A stretch of DNA of 64,000 nucleotides from Octopus sinensis (lineage: Eukaryota), in assembly GCF_006345805.1 (NCBI RefSeq), contig NC_042997.1, positions 107,942,001 through 108,006,000 of the forward strand. The letters run 5' to 3'. The notes under the pieces are model-generated. The model was not told the origin of the DNA and did no database searches. It saw nothing but the letters and a program-made list of their open reading frames with translations. Below are positions 1 through 10,840 of the stretch, in pieces. The position numbers were made by a program, and so were the translations under genes. Position 1 is the stretch's first letter; each line of letters starts with the position of its first letter.

Positions 1-347
1 GACCCCAGGACTTATTCTTTGTAAGCCTAGTACTTATTCTATCGGTCTCTTTTGCCGAACCGCTAAGTTACGGGGACGTAAACACACCAGCATTGGTTGT
101 CAAGCGATGTTGGGGGGACAAACAAAGACACACAAACTTATACACACACATACATGTATATATATATATATATATACATATATACGACGGGCTTCTTTCA
201 GTTTCCGTCTACCAAATCCACTCACAAGGCTTTGGTCGGCCCAAAGCTATAGTAGAAGACACTTGCCCAAGGTGCCACGCAGTGGGACTGAACCCAGAAC
301 CATGTGGTTGGTGAGCAAGCTACTTACCACACAGCCACTCCTACACC
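1..347 (-). mobile_element. tRNA-derived SINE, family S1 (abundant Octopus-type SINE); 3' end cut off by window start
   Basis: Minus strand reads GGTGTAGGAGTGGCTGTGTGGTAAGTAGCTTGC...GGTTCAGTCCCACTGCGTGGCACCTTGGGCAAGTGTCTT (A/B-box head, CORE-like CCTTGGGCAAG). Near-identical copies at 18340, 44885, 53041 and 56240. Confidence 0.85.

Positions 348-349
<2 letters not shown>

Positions 350-417
<68 letters not shown>
350..417. repeat. (TA)n microsatellite
   Basis: Direct reading. Confidence 0.95.
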
Positions 418-421
<4 letters not shown>

Positions 422-1021
422 GCGTAAGTGTGTGTATTGGTCTGGGGTTCCTCCTGAGCAAATGTCTTCATGAGCAATCGTGGGCGCTCTCGAACACTAT
501 CCCCTCTGAAAGAGAAGGAAAACTCTTATCATGAAAAATCGTGTTCCACGCTGAAATGGTCTGCTAGAAACGACGCCGTACTGTTTTGCGTATAGACCAG
601 TAAAATCGGCCAAAATTAATATTCACAATTTAGTCTACAATTGATTACGACATCTGGCACATCCCACATCATGGACCTATATAGGCAACGTCGATTTGAT
701 GGAGGGACTGAGCTAACCTACAGGTCAAACATTATCATTATAAACAAGTCACCTGTGTAGTTGTTCAGCAAACCGGAGGATCAATACGATCTTGCGTTTT
801 TGATTAATGAACCCACAACTGTCATTTAAGACAGGAGGATCGAACACATGCGCGCGCACGCACGCATACACACACACGCACACGCACACTCACACTCACA
901 CATTGTTTTAACTAGCAAGATATCTGACGTGTAATCGTACTGTGTTGTACTTTCCGAAGGCATTTTGCGAATAAGATATCACGCACTCCTTGATTTTCGC
1001 TTATTATTATCATTATTATTT

Positions 1022-1228
1022 AGGCGACGAGTTGCAGAATCATTAGCATGTTAGACAGAATACTCAGCGGTATTTTGCCCCTCATTACGTTCTGAGTTCA
1101 AATTCCGCTGAGACCGACTTTGCCTTTCATCCTTTCGTAGTCGATAAATTAAGTACCAGTTGCGTACTGAGGTCGATATGGCCCCCTCCCACAAAATTTC
1201 AGTCCTTGTGTCTATAGCAGAAAGGATT
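1022..1228 (+). mobile_element. tRNA-derived SINE, family S2, tail type ending in (ATT/TAA)n
   Basis: GGCGACGAGTTGCAGAATC head, GAGTTCAAATTCC B-box, core CTTTGCCTTTCATCCTTTCG..GTCGATAAATTAAGTACCAG. Homologous to 15164, 25365 and 56645. Confidence 0.8.
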
Positions 1229-1284
1229 ATAATAATAATAATAATAATAATAATCATAATAATAATAATAATATAATAATAATA

Positions 1285-1350
<66 letters not shown>
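1229..1350. repeat. (TAA)n microsatellite
   Basis: Direct reading; lies between the SINE tail and an RT fragment. Confidence 0.95.
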
Positions 1351-1353
<3 letters not shown>

Positions 1354-1755
1354 CAAACATCTGGATGAAAGCAACCTGTTTCCAGAAGGACAGAAGGGAA
1401 GCTACAAAGGCTCATACGGCTGTAAAGACCAACTAATGATCAATAAAGCCATAACTGAAGACAGCCACAGAAAGAAGAAAGGCCTCAGTATGGCCTGGGT
1501 CGACTATCGAAAGGCTTTTGATAGTATTCTTTGCACGTGGATCCTCGAAACACTAGCAATGAACAAGGTAGCACCAATAATTATAAAATACATAAGACAC
1601 TATGAATAAATGGCAAACAGTGCTACAGCTCCAAACAAAAGAGGGACTTGTGAAAACCAAAGCCATCCCCATTAGAAGAGGAATATTCCAGGGAGACACG
1701 CTCTCGCCACTCCTTTTCTGCTTGGCACTGTCACCTCTATCTGACATGCTAAATT
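1354..1755 (+). mobile_element. R4/Dong-like reverse transcriptase fragment (same family as 7507-10750, opposite orientation)
   Basis: Encodes [39 protein letters not shown]...IPIRRGIFQGD. Aligns closely with about 9335-9735 on the minus strand. Confidence 0.85.
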
Positions 1756-1756
1756 C

Positions 1757-4700
1757 GCTCTCTTTGGGTATTTGCCATTGAGAGGTTTTATTTGCCATTC
1801 GTCAGAATATCTAAGGCAGCAGTTTTAGCACGGGTTTTCATACGCTTAGCTTTTTCTGCGCTTGTTTCTCGTATGTCTAATTCCGGTATTTGTTGTACTT
1901 GGAATTCATTTAGAAATTCCTGTACATGTTTTGTTACTGAGTATGATGCTTTCTTGTTTTCAAGTTTTGAGTCAAGTTTTAACATCCAGTCCTCAGAGTT
2001 TTTCAGGTATGTGTCCAGGCCGAGTGTGGCAATCTTCATTGTTAATTCCAGTTGTATAAGTCCATGGCCCCATCCTTTTCTTGGCAGATAAAATCGTTCT
2101 ATATCTGCCTTAGGATGGTGCATTCTATGCATTTTCAACAGTTTTCATATTTTTCTGTCAAGATTACATATCTCAGTAATTGACCAGTTAACGATATTGA
2201 AACTGTAAGTCACGACTGGTATGGCTAAAGCATTGATCGCTTCGATCTTGTTTCTTGCATTCAGCTCTGTCTTGAGTATTGTTCTTAACCTACGATAACA
2301 TTCTCTTCTGATCCTTTCCTTCATCACTGAATGCTTGATTCCGTCCCCTTCAAATACCCCCAGGTATTTGTGGCTCTCCGCTGGTTCTAATTCCTTTATG
2401 ACATTCTGCTGGTTAAGATTAACATTGGATGTTTCTATCATTTTTCCTTTGATAAAGGTAGCTTTTGCACATTTATCGAGGCCAAATTGCATTCTGATGT
2501 CATCACTGAATTTTTTAACAATCGCTAGTAAGCCGTTGAGTTGTTGGTCATTTTTTGCAAAGAGCTTTAAATCATCCATGTAAATGAGATGATTTATATT
2601 TTTATCAAACGTTTTATAACCGTATTGCGCATCATTGAGCAATTTTGAGAGAGGTATTAAGGCTAAACAAAAGAGGAGTCACCCTAGCAAATGCCACATG
2701 AAATTCTTATATCTCCAGCATTAAGAGATTCATTGTCACTGTTCAAAGTTAGTGTGGTTCTCCATGATCTCATGCTTACAGACAAAAAGTTTCGCAGAGT
2801 AGGCACTATTTTATACATTTCCAGACATTTCTTAATCCAGCTATGTGGTAGGCTATCAAAATGCCTTTTTATAGTCTATCCAGGCATTCGACAAGATTTT
2901 GTGTCGTTTGTGACAATCTTCCAAGATAATCTTATTGATGAGTAGCTGATCTTTGCAACCATAGGATCCACGTTTACATCCTTCTTGTTCATTAGGGAAT
3001 ATGCTACTTTCTATTAAAAAAACTATAGGTATATTCAGTCAGGACAGATGTTAGCGTTTTATACATTGTTGTGAGGCAGGTTATGGGTCGATAATTTTTT
3101 GGTTCATTTATTTCTTCAGTTTTAGGAAGTGGGTATGATAAACCATTAACTAACTAAGAGGGAGTCAAACTATGTTGTTGTAAAACATTGTTGTAAAGTT
3201 TTGTTAGCAATTAATGGGCCTCTGGGAAGGATTTTAACCAAAAGTTAGGAATTTTATCCTTTCGTAGAGACTTCCATTTGCTTGACTTCCTGACAGCAGA
3301 TCTTACATCTTCTACCTTGATACCATCCCACTTTTGCTCTTCTAAGGAGTCCAAGTCTGTAGATATTCTATCAACCCAAGGGGCCTTTTCACTGTGTGTT
3401 TTTTCTTCTGCCCAAATTTTATCCCCAAATTCCTGTACTTCTTCTTTTGATGGAACAGATTTTAATGTAACTGGTATTTTTCCTATCTTTCTGTAAAAAT
3501 TTTGGGTTATTTTTTAATATGTTGTTGTCCTTGAAGAATCTAACGCGCTTTTCATACCTATGTGGGCAGTTTTAGCACATACCTTTTGCTTGATGGTTTC
3601 TATGGTGATATCGATGTCAAATATTGTTTTCGTATTATATTTTTTCTTTAATTTTCGGGTTTTTGTAGGTTTGATAGTCTTGTCAAACTTAAGGTTTTTT
3701 AAACATTCTATGTCAGACCTAAGTAACTGAATTTGGTGTTGAATACGCTCTTGCCAAGAAGGCTTTTCGTGGGAATGTTGTTGTTTTCTAATCTTTTCAC
3801 CACATAGAATTGTTGAGATTTTCGCGGATGCATAGTACAGGTGGTTGAGAACTGTGATATCAACATCATTAGCTGCAATTATATCCTTAAGTGCAAGTGG
3901 ATTTTACCAATTATTTTCAGAATTTGTTTAAAATTGCGAATTTTTGGGAAAGTGTTGGGTTCATTCATACTGGTTTCTTTAATTTTCAGCCATTCAATCA
4001 TGATTTGAATTTTTAGATCATCTAGTTCTGTTGGGTCAATTTCTGTGTGACTTTCTTCTATTTCATTTTCATTTGCTTTAGTGTTTAAGGTTGGTTCAGA
4101 GAGTATTTCACTCTGCCTATCAATTACATTAACTATTTCAATCATTACTGCGTCTTCATCAGCCCTGGGCTGGTCTATAATTATTTCCTCTCTAGTATCT
4201 TCTTTAACTGCAACTTCGTTCCTTTTATTCTTTACTGATTGTTTAATTTGGTCAATCTCTTATTCAGTTTGTAATTTTTTTTCGTAATGTTTCTTCTGAC
4301 GTTGGCAAGTTTGTTACTGTCTATGTAGGGTCTAACTTCAGGGTGTTTCTGTCTCCAGTTTAAGTAGATTTGTACAGTATTAGATTAATTTGTGAGGAAA
4401 TATATGGCATGGTAGAAGGCCGTAAGAACTTCTTAACTCCTTTATTATCTCCCCTAGACCATTTTCTTTCCTTTTCTTTTGGTTATTTGATGACAAGCAT
4501 TGATGGCCATCTGTTGGAACATTCCGGTTGTTGGGTACTGCCAGTTCTTGTGCTTCGGGAAGATATGAATCAGTAGCTGATTTTTCGCGCCGAATCTGGT
4601 TCATCATTCGAGTACGTGGCCCTTGGTGCTTCGGTTGGCGACAAATCCGGTTTGCATTTTGCTTTATCATTGAGGCATGACTAGCTTGAACGTTGACATT

Positions 4701-4760
4701 AGGGGACTGATCTGTCTGTTTAGGGTTATTTTTTTTTGAGACAGCACCGTCTCAGAGTTC
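1757..4760 (-). mobile_element. R4/Dong-like non-LTR retrotransposon, family B; decayed and lacking the 3' endonuclease part
   Basis: Fragmented ORFs include an N-terminal motif QIYLNWRQKHPEVRPYIDSNKLANVRRNI, RT motifs KNYRPITCL and [20 protein letters not shown] (2145-2642) and MHHPKADIERFYLPRKGWGHGL (1788-2138). Multiple stops and frameshifts. Confidence 0.85.
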
Positions 4761-5064
4761 TCTGCATGTAAACAGTGCTCGTAACGTAGCTTCTTAAAGC
4801 TAACAGGTCTGTATTCGTCTGTATTTTTTGTTGATAGATTTATCTCCAGGCATGGTTTTTTGGTGGTGTTTTTAAACTTATGAATTTTTCACTCTGCGTT
4901 ACTTCGAAAATTAAAAAAAAAAAACGATGCTTTTGCTTCGTTTGTGATACGTGTTTTGATATGCGTGAATGTGTGTCCTGTAAATTTCATGTAGTTGTGT
5001 AAACATTGGGATGTATCTGTAGTCCTATTAAAATGTATATATATTTGTGTAGAGATTCGAGTGT

Positions 5065-5633
5065 GTGGAGGCGCGTGGCTTAGTGGTTAGGATGTCAGCA
5101 TCATGATCGTAAGATTGTGGGTTCGATTCCTCGACCGGGCGACGCGTTGTGTTCTTGAGCAAAACACTTCATTTCACGTTGCTCCAGTCCACTCAGCTGG
5201 CAAAATGAGTAACGCTGCGATGGACTGGCATCCCCTCCAACTGGGGAACACATACGCCATTAAAACCGGGCTCATGAGCCTGGCTAAGCTTTAAAAGGGC
5301 ACATTTATTTAGTGGAGGCGCAATGGCCCAGTGGTTAGGGCAGCGGACTAGCGGTCGGAGGATCGCGGTTTTGATTCCCAGACCGGGCGTTGTGTGTGTT
5401 TATTGAGCGAAAACACCTAAAAGCTCCACGAGGCTCCGGCAGGGGGTGGTGGAGACCCCTGTTGTACTCTTTCGCCTCAATTTTCTCTCACTCTCTCTTC
5501 CTGTTTCTTGAGTAACGCTGCGATGGACTGGGATCCCGTCCAGCTGGGGAGAACACATACATCACAGGAACCGAGAAACGAGGCCCATGAGGCTGGCTAG
5601 GCTTGAAAAGGGCGCATAAAGAAAAAAGAAATA
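5065..5633 (+). mobile_element. Dimer of two tRNA-derived CORE-like SINEs (5065-5310 and 5312-5633) with one 14-bp TSD
   Basis: Both units begin GTGGAGGCGC..TGGC..AGTGGTTAGG and have a TTCGATTCC-like B-box. AGAGATTCGAGTGT is repeated at 5051-5064 and 5634-5647. Confidence 0.85.
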
Positions 5634-5915
5634 AGAGATTCGAGTGTATGCGTAATTACTCAATTTATGTACTTACTGTTTTGTTCCATTTACATTATAT
5701 AATTTGTAAACTTTCTGGTGTTGATTTCACATGTGTTTTACTAAGATATCGTGCATAGAAGAAACTGTGCTTTGTATGGCTTTAAAATTTCGTTTTTGTG
5801 ATTTATCCAATTCCGCCAATGTTATTAGATTAAATTTGTGTTTGAATGAGGTAGCTCGGTGTAGCACATCCATGGTGTTGTTGTTATTGTTGTTGTTGTT
5901 GTTATTATTATTTTA

Positions 5916-6375
5916 AAAATAAAATATGGTCCGTTGTCTTCTGATGAACCGGGGTCATCCCTTGACTCTAGGGTCACAGCAGGTCCTCATCTCATGGAGA
6001 GTACACGTCGTAAAATGTGTGCTGAACCTAGCAACACTATTTTCTGACGTTCTTCCACGTTAACACTGCAAGGGAGTTTGTTGAGCTACTTATCAAGGCC
6101 CTTTTTAACTAGCCCTAACGCTCCAATCACCACTGGTGCTGTGCTGCTTTTCATTCCCACATTTTGGTCACTTCTATTTCTAGGTCTTTGTACTTAAATA
6201 ACTTCTCAACTTCTTTAATGGACACATTTCTCTCTGATGGTACTGTCACATTAAGCATTTCTTATTCCTTCCATCTTTGATGATTATGTCCGGCCTGTTG
6301 GCCTTGATTTCTTTAGCGGTGTTGATTGGCATGTCCCAGAGTACTGTTACATCATCTTTTCCGATCACAGTTTCA

Positions 6376-6377
<2 letters not shown>
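5916..6377 (-). mobile_element. 5'-truncated R4/Dong-like 3' end (restriction-like endonuclease) between (TAA)n tracts
   Basis: LWDMPINTAKEIKANRPDIIIKD...CL (RLE PD motif). Mixed TAA/CAA repeat at 5875-5915 and (TTA)n at 6378-6446. Confidence 0.8.
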
Positions 6378-6447
<70 letters not shown>

Positions 6448-6570
6448 TCCATTTGTTATTAAAAAAGTATTATTGAATGTTTACTTTCAACTTTTGTCTT
6501 GTACTTGAGATAGTTATAAATATATGAGGGTTGTAAGATGAAGAGAAGCAGCTTGATAAATACCTTATTA

Positions 6571-6637
<67 letters not shown>

Positions 6638-6640
6638 CAT

Positions 6641-6989
6641 TGAGTGAGAGAGCAGTTCATGCCATCAAAGTGACACTGGGGTAAAATATACGAAGCCCAA
6701 TATACCCATCATGACTACCCGTCTGATAAAGGTACACCAGGCACATGCATCACAACCATATGTGCGCGACATGGTGATCTCATATCAAGATAAACAGCAC
6801 ATGACCTTGCAGGTGGGGTCCAGTTAGAATTTTCTTCAAGTTGAGTAGCCCATCCCGCTCAAACGGTCCCTGAATAAGGGTTGTTTAACCATGTTGAAAG
6901 AACAACCCATGTTTCCAGAGGTGAACTATTCAAACCCCAAAGAGTCCCTCTCAACACATGGCTATGATGCTCCCCCACTACTTCTGCTC
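6641..6989 (-). mobile_element. SINE-like element, family G (5'-truncated), flanked on both sides by (TTA)n
   Basis: Reverse complement of about 15797-16147; ends CTGCTCTCTCACTCA followed by (ATA)n. Confidence 0.75.
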
Positions 6990-7050
<61 letters not shown>

Positions 7051-7051
<1 letters not shown>

Positions 7052-7412
7052 TATGTTTGAATTTTGCTTTATATTTGTACAAGTTGGCTCCAAGTCTCAC
7101 CCAGAGACCTCAAGAGACAACAGGTTGGAAGTTCGTGTTGTTGTTATGCCTTGTGTGCTATATATTTGGTTTTGTATTTAGTGTTGTACTAGTGAATGTC
7201 TAAAAAAAAAACGAAAATTATGTTTGTTTTAAAACTTGAGATTACATAGAAAGTATTTTGCGTAGGATATGAGCAGTTACCATGAGCACTACCTTTTGAA
7301 TTTCTGCCATTTTGGGGTTTCCTGGTATCTGAGTTAGGTAGCGATCAGCCCCTTTTGCTATCATTCCTAGGGCACCTATGACAACAGGTAATGTTTTAGT
7401 CTTCAGGTTCCA

Positions 7413-7415
<3 letters not shown>
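7051..7415 (-). mobile_element. Family B R4/Dong-like 3' terminus (about 360 bp), flanked by (TTA)n
   Basis: Encodes VVIGALGMIAKG...QKVVLMVTAHILRKILSM. The 3' UTR matches 37188-37260 and 41008-41200. Confidence 0.85.
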
Positions 7416-7506
<91 letters not shown>

Positions 7507-7509
<3 letters not shown>

Positions 7510-10500
7510 TAGTTTTATTTTTATTGTGTGCTTTCACTTCACTACCGAGCGCAGCTCTGTGTGCCTTGAGTATGTGCTGTGATTTGTTGTGATGCTCTGA
7601 TGGTTACTGTATTGGAAGTGTTTTGCCTAGAATGTGTGCAGTGCCCAGTAGTGCAATTTTCTGTATGTTATATGTATTTGTAAGTCCTGGTGTTCTTGTT
7701 ATGTATTTGTCTGAATATTTTTTTATCATGCCTAATGCACCTACTATGATAAGAATTGTTTCTGTTTTTAGATTCCTCATTCGAGTTACCTCTATTTCCA
7801 GGTCTTTGTATTTTGAAAGTTTCTCCATTTCTGTTAGAGAAACGTTGTCATCTGCTGGTATTGATACATCAATTAGAAAGCATTTTTCCTTCATGATCTC
7901 TGACAACTATATCTGGTATGTTGACCTTAATTTCTCTATCTGTGTGTATTGGCATATCCCAGAGTATGGTTGCTTTCTCGTTTTCTGTGGCCTTTTCTGG
8001 TGTGTGCCAATACCATTTTTTTTCTGCTGTTATTCCATAAGGTTGGCATAGCTTCCAGTGTACGTAGGTCCCACCGCTGTCGTGTCTGTGAATATATTCC
8101 TTCTTAGCTAGGACTGGGTAGCCAGAGATAATATGATTTATTGTTTCTTGTCCATCTCCACATATTCTGCAGTTACTTGTTATATTTCTTTTCATTACAT
8201 GTTTTTGGTAATTTCTGGTGGGGAGGCTTTGATCTTGTGCTGCAATTAAAAATCCCTCTGTCTCTTCTTTGAGTCCTAAGTTTCTCAACCATTGCTGGAA
8301 TTTTTCTTTGTCTATTTCTTTTGCATTTAGTTTAGTCCAGTATTTGCCATGAAGGGGCTTGCTTGCCATCGTTTTGTCATGGTCCGTTGCTGTTCTAGTT
8401 TTAGTTTTGATTTAATTTGTTTTATAGCTTTTGTTGTTTCTTCTTCTTCTTCTTCTTCTTCTTCTTCTTCTTCTTCTTCTTCTTCTTCTTCTTCTTCTTC
8501 TTCTTCTTCTTCTTCTTCTTCTTCTTCTTCTTCTTCTTCTTCTTCTTCTTCTTCTTCTTCTTCTTCTTCTTCTTCTTCATATTTGTTAGGCGGTGTGATT
8601 TCTTATTTGTATTTGTCAGCTTCCTTAAATACTGAGAACAGTTTTTTGTTTAGCTCGTATTTTGCCGCTATTTGTATCAGTTTTCCTTTCTTCAGAAGTA
8701 GATATTTTTACAGTCCTATGGTGGTTATTTTATAGTAGTTTTCCAGCTGTATAAGGCTTCTACCACCTTCTATACGTTGTATATATAGCTTTTCTATGTC
8801 AGATTTTGGGTGATGCATTCTAGATCCTGTCATTATTTTTCTTGTTTTCCTATCTATTTTGGTCAGTTCATTTAGTGTCCAATTAAGGATATTGTAGCTG
8901 TAACTTATATCTGGGACGGCTAAAGTGTTAATACCTATTATCTTGTTTTTAGCATTGAGCTCTGTTTTTAGTATTGATCTAACTCGTCTGTAGTATTCTT
9001 TCTTTATTTTATCTTTCATTTGTGTGTGTTGTGTCTTATCTAGTTCATGGATTCCTAAGTATTTGTAAGTTTGGCTTTGGTCTAATTCTTTTATTCCATT
9101 GGTTTTATCTAGTGTGATGTTGCTACTCTTAACTAGTTTTCCTCTTTTCAGGGTTACTTTGGCGCATTTTTCTAATCCAAATTTCATATCTGTTTCTTTG
9201 GTAAATTCATGAACTGTCTTTAGTAGTGTTTCCAGCTGTTTGTCATTTGTAGCGTATAGTTTTAGGTCATCCATTTATAAAAGGTGGCTGATCGTTTTGC
9301 CGTAACATTTATATCCGCATCCAATTCTATTTAGCATATCAGATAGAGGTGACAGTGCCAAGCAGAAAAGGAGTGGAGAGAGCGTGCTCCCTGGAATATT
9401 CCTCTTCTAATGGGGATGGCTTTGGTTTTCACAAGTCCCTCTTTTGTTTGGAGCTGTAGCACTGTCTGCCGTTTATTCATAGAGTGTCTTATGTATTTTA
9501 TAATTGTTGGTGCTACTTTGTTAATGGCTAGTGTTTCGAGGATCCATGTGTGGGGGATGCTATCAAAAGCCTTTCTGTTGTCGATCCAGGCCATACTGAG
9601 GCCTTTCTTCTTTCTGTGGCTGTCTTCAGTTATGGCTTTATTGATCATTAGTTGATCTTTACAGCCATATGAGCCTTTGCGGCATCCTTTCCGCTCTTCT
9701 GGAAACAAGTTGTTTTCGTCTAGGTGCTTGTTCAATCTTTGTGATATTGCTGCAGTAAATGCTTTGTACATTGTAGGGAGACAGGTTATAGGTCTGTAGT
9801 TTTCTGGCTTTGCTGTCTCATTGGGTTTGGGAATTAAGATGGTTTTCCCCTTCGTGAGCCATTCAGGCATTGTCTCTGACTCTGCCAGTATGTTGTTAAA
9901 GTTTTCAGCCAACTTTTTGTGCATTCCTGTTAGATATTTCAACTAGAAGTTGGGGATCTTGTCATGCCCAGGTGCCTTCCAGTTGCTTACTCTTTGCAGT
10001 GCCTGGCTGACCTCTTCAGTTATTATGGGGTTCCAAAGTTGCTCAGATGCTAAGTTTGTTGTTTTAATATTCCTTTTTTTTTGGTTGCTCTTTCGCCGAC
10101 CATATTTCTTTCCAGAATTCTTCCATTTCTTCTGCCGTTGGTGCTGCAGTGATGTCTATTTTATTTTTGCCAAGTTCTTGGTAGAACTTTTTGGGGTTGG
10201 AGTTGAATTGTTTGTTTTGTTGAAAGAAACGTTGGCGTTTCTCATACCGGCGGATCCTTTGTGCTTTAGCAATGATATCTTGCTTTAGCTTTTCTTTTAT
10301 CTCAGGTAAATCTTTTTCTATGATGTTGTATTTGCACAGTATTTTTGTTTTCTTTTTGTTGTTTAGTAGCGTTGATTGTTTATTAATTTCGTTAAGAATC
10401 GACAGATCTTTTCTCATTTTTTGTATTTTTTTATGTTATTTATCCACAGGGTTTGTTTGGGTGGTGGTACTCCTGTTTGCATGGGTTTGAGAGAGTATCC

Positions 10501-10750
10501 AGCTTCCTTTGTGGCTGCAGTGACTGCTGCATATACTAAGTCATTTAGCTCACTGATATTGCTATTTGTTTCAGTGGCTATTAGTTCCGTGACGGCTAGG
10601 TTTATGCTATTTATAATTGATGTTGTTTTTTTGTCTATTTTGATTTATGGTCAGTGTTCCATTTTGAGATCTGTGGTTTTCAGTTCTTTGATTATTCTAC
10701 TTATTATTGTAATTATTCTAATTATTCTAATAATTATTCTAGCTATTCTA
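7507..10750 (-). mobile_element. R4/Dong-like retrotransposon, family D; 5'-truncated and disrupted
   Basis: ORF pieces 10064-10417, 9331-9942 (RT: PENYRPITCL, GCKDQLMINK), 8708-9274 (MDDLKLY), 7869-8369 (CRICG...ETINHIISG zinc knuckle, RHD, LWDMPIHTD) and 7604-7906 (RLE C-terminus). 3' end abuts (TTA)n at 7414-7506. Confidence 0.9.
8438..8578. repeat. (TTC)47 microsatellite inside the family D ORF (GAA / poly-Glu on the element strand)
   Basis: 141 bp of perfect TTC; the minus strand reads NKY-(E)n-TTKAIK. Confidence 0.95.
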
Positions 10751-10756
10751 ATTCTA

Positions 10757-10840
<84 letters not shown>

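Noticed and set aside
93-534. ORFs rich in IY/YI, and similar poly-I, L, Y, N, V, C, HT and MYVC ORFs throughout the window
   Set aside because: They are translations of (TA)n, (TAA)n, (CA)n, (CATA)n and (TTC)n tracts, which lack stops in some frames.
5065-5140. tRNA-like sequences at SINE heads (also 26720-26795 and 29144-29220)
   Set aside because: They have A/B boxes but continue into SINE bodies and lack a complete cloverleaf; not tRNA genes.
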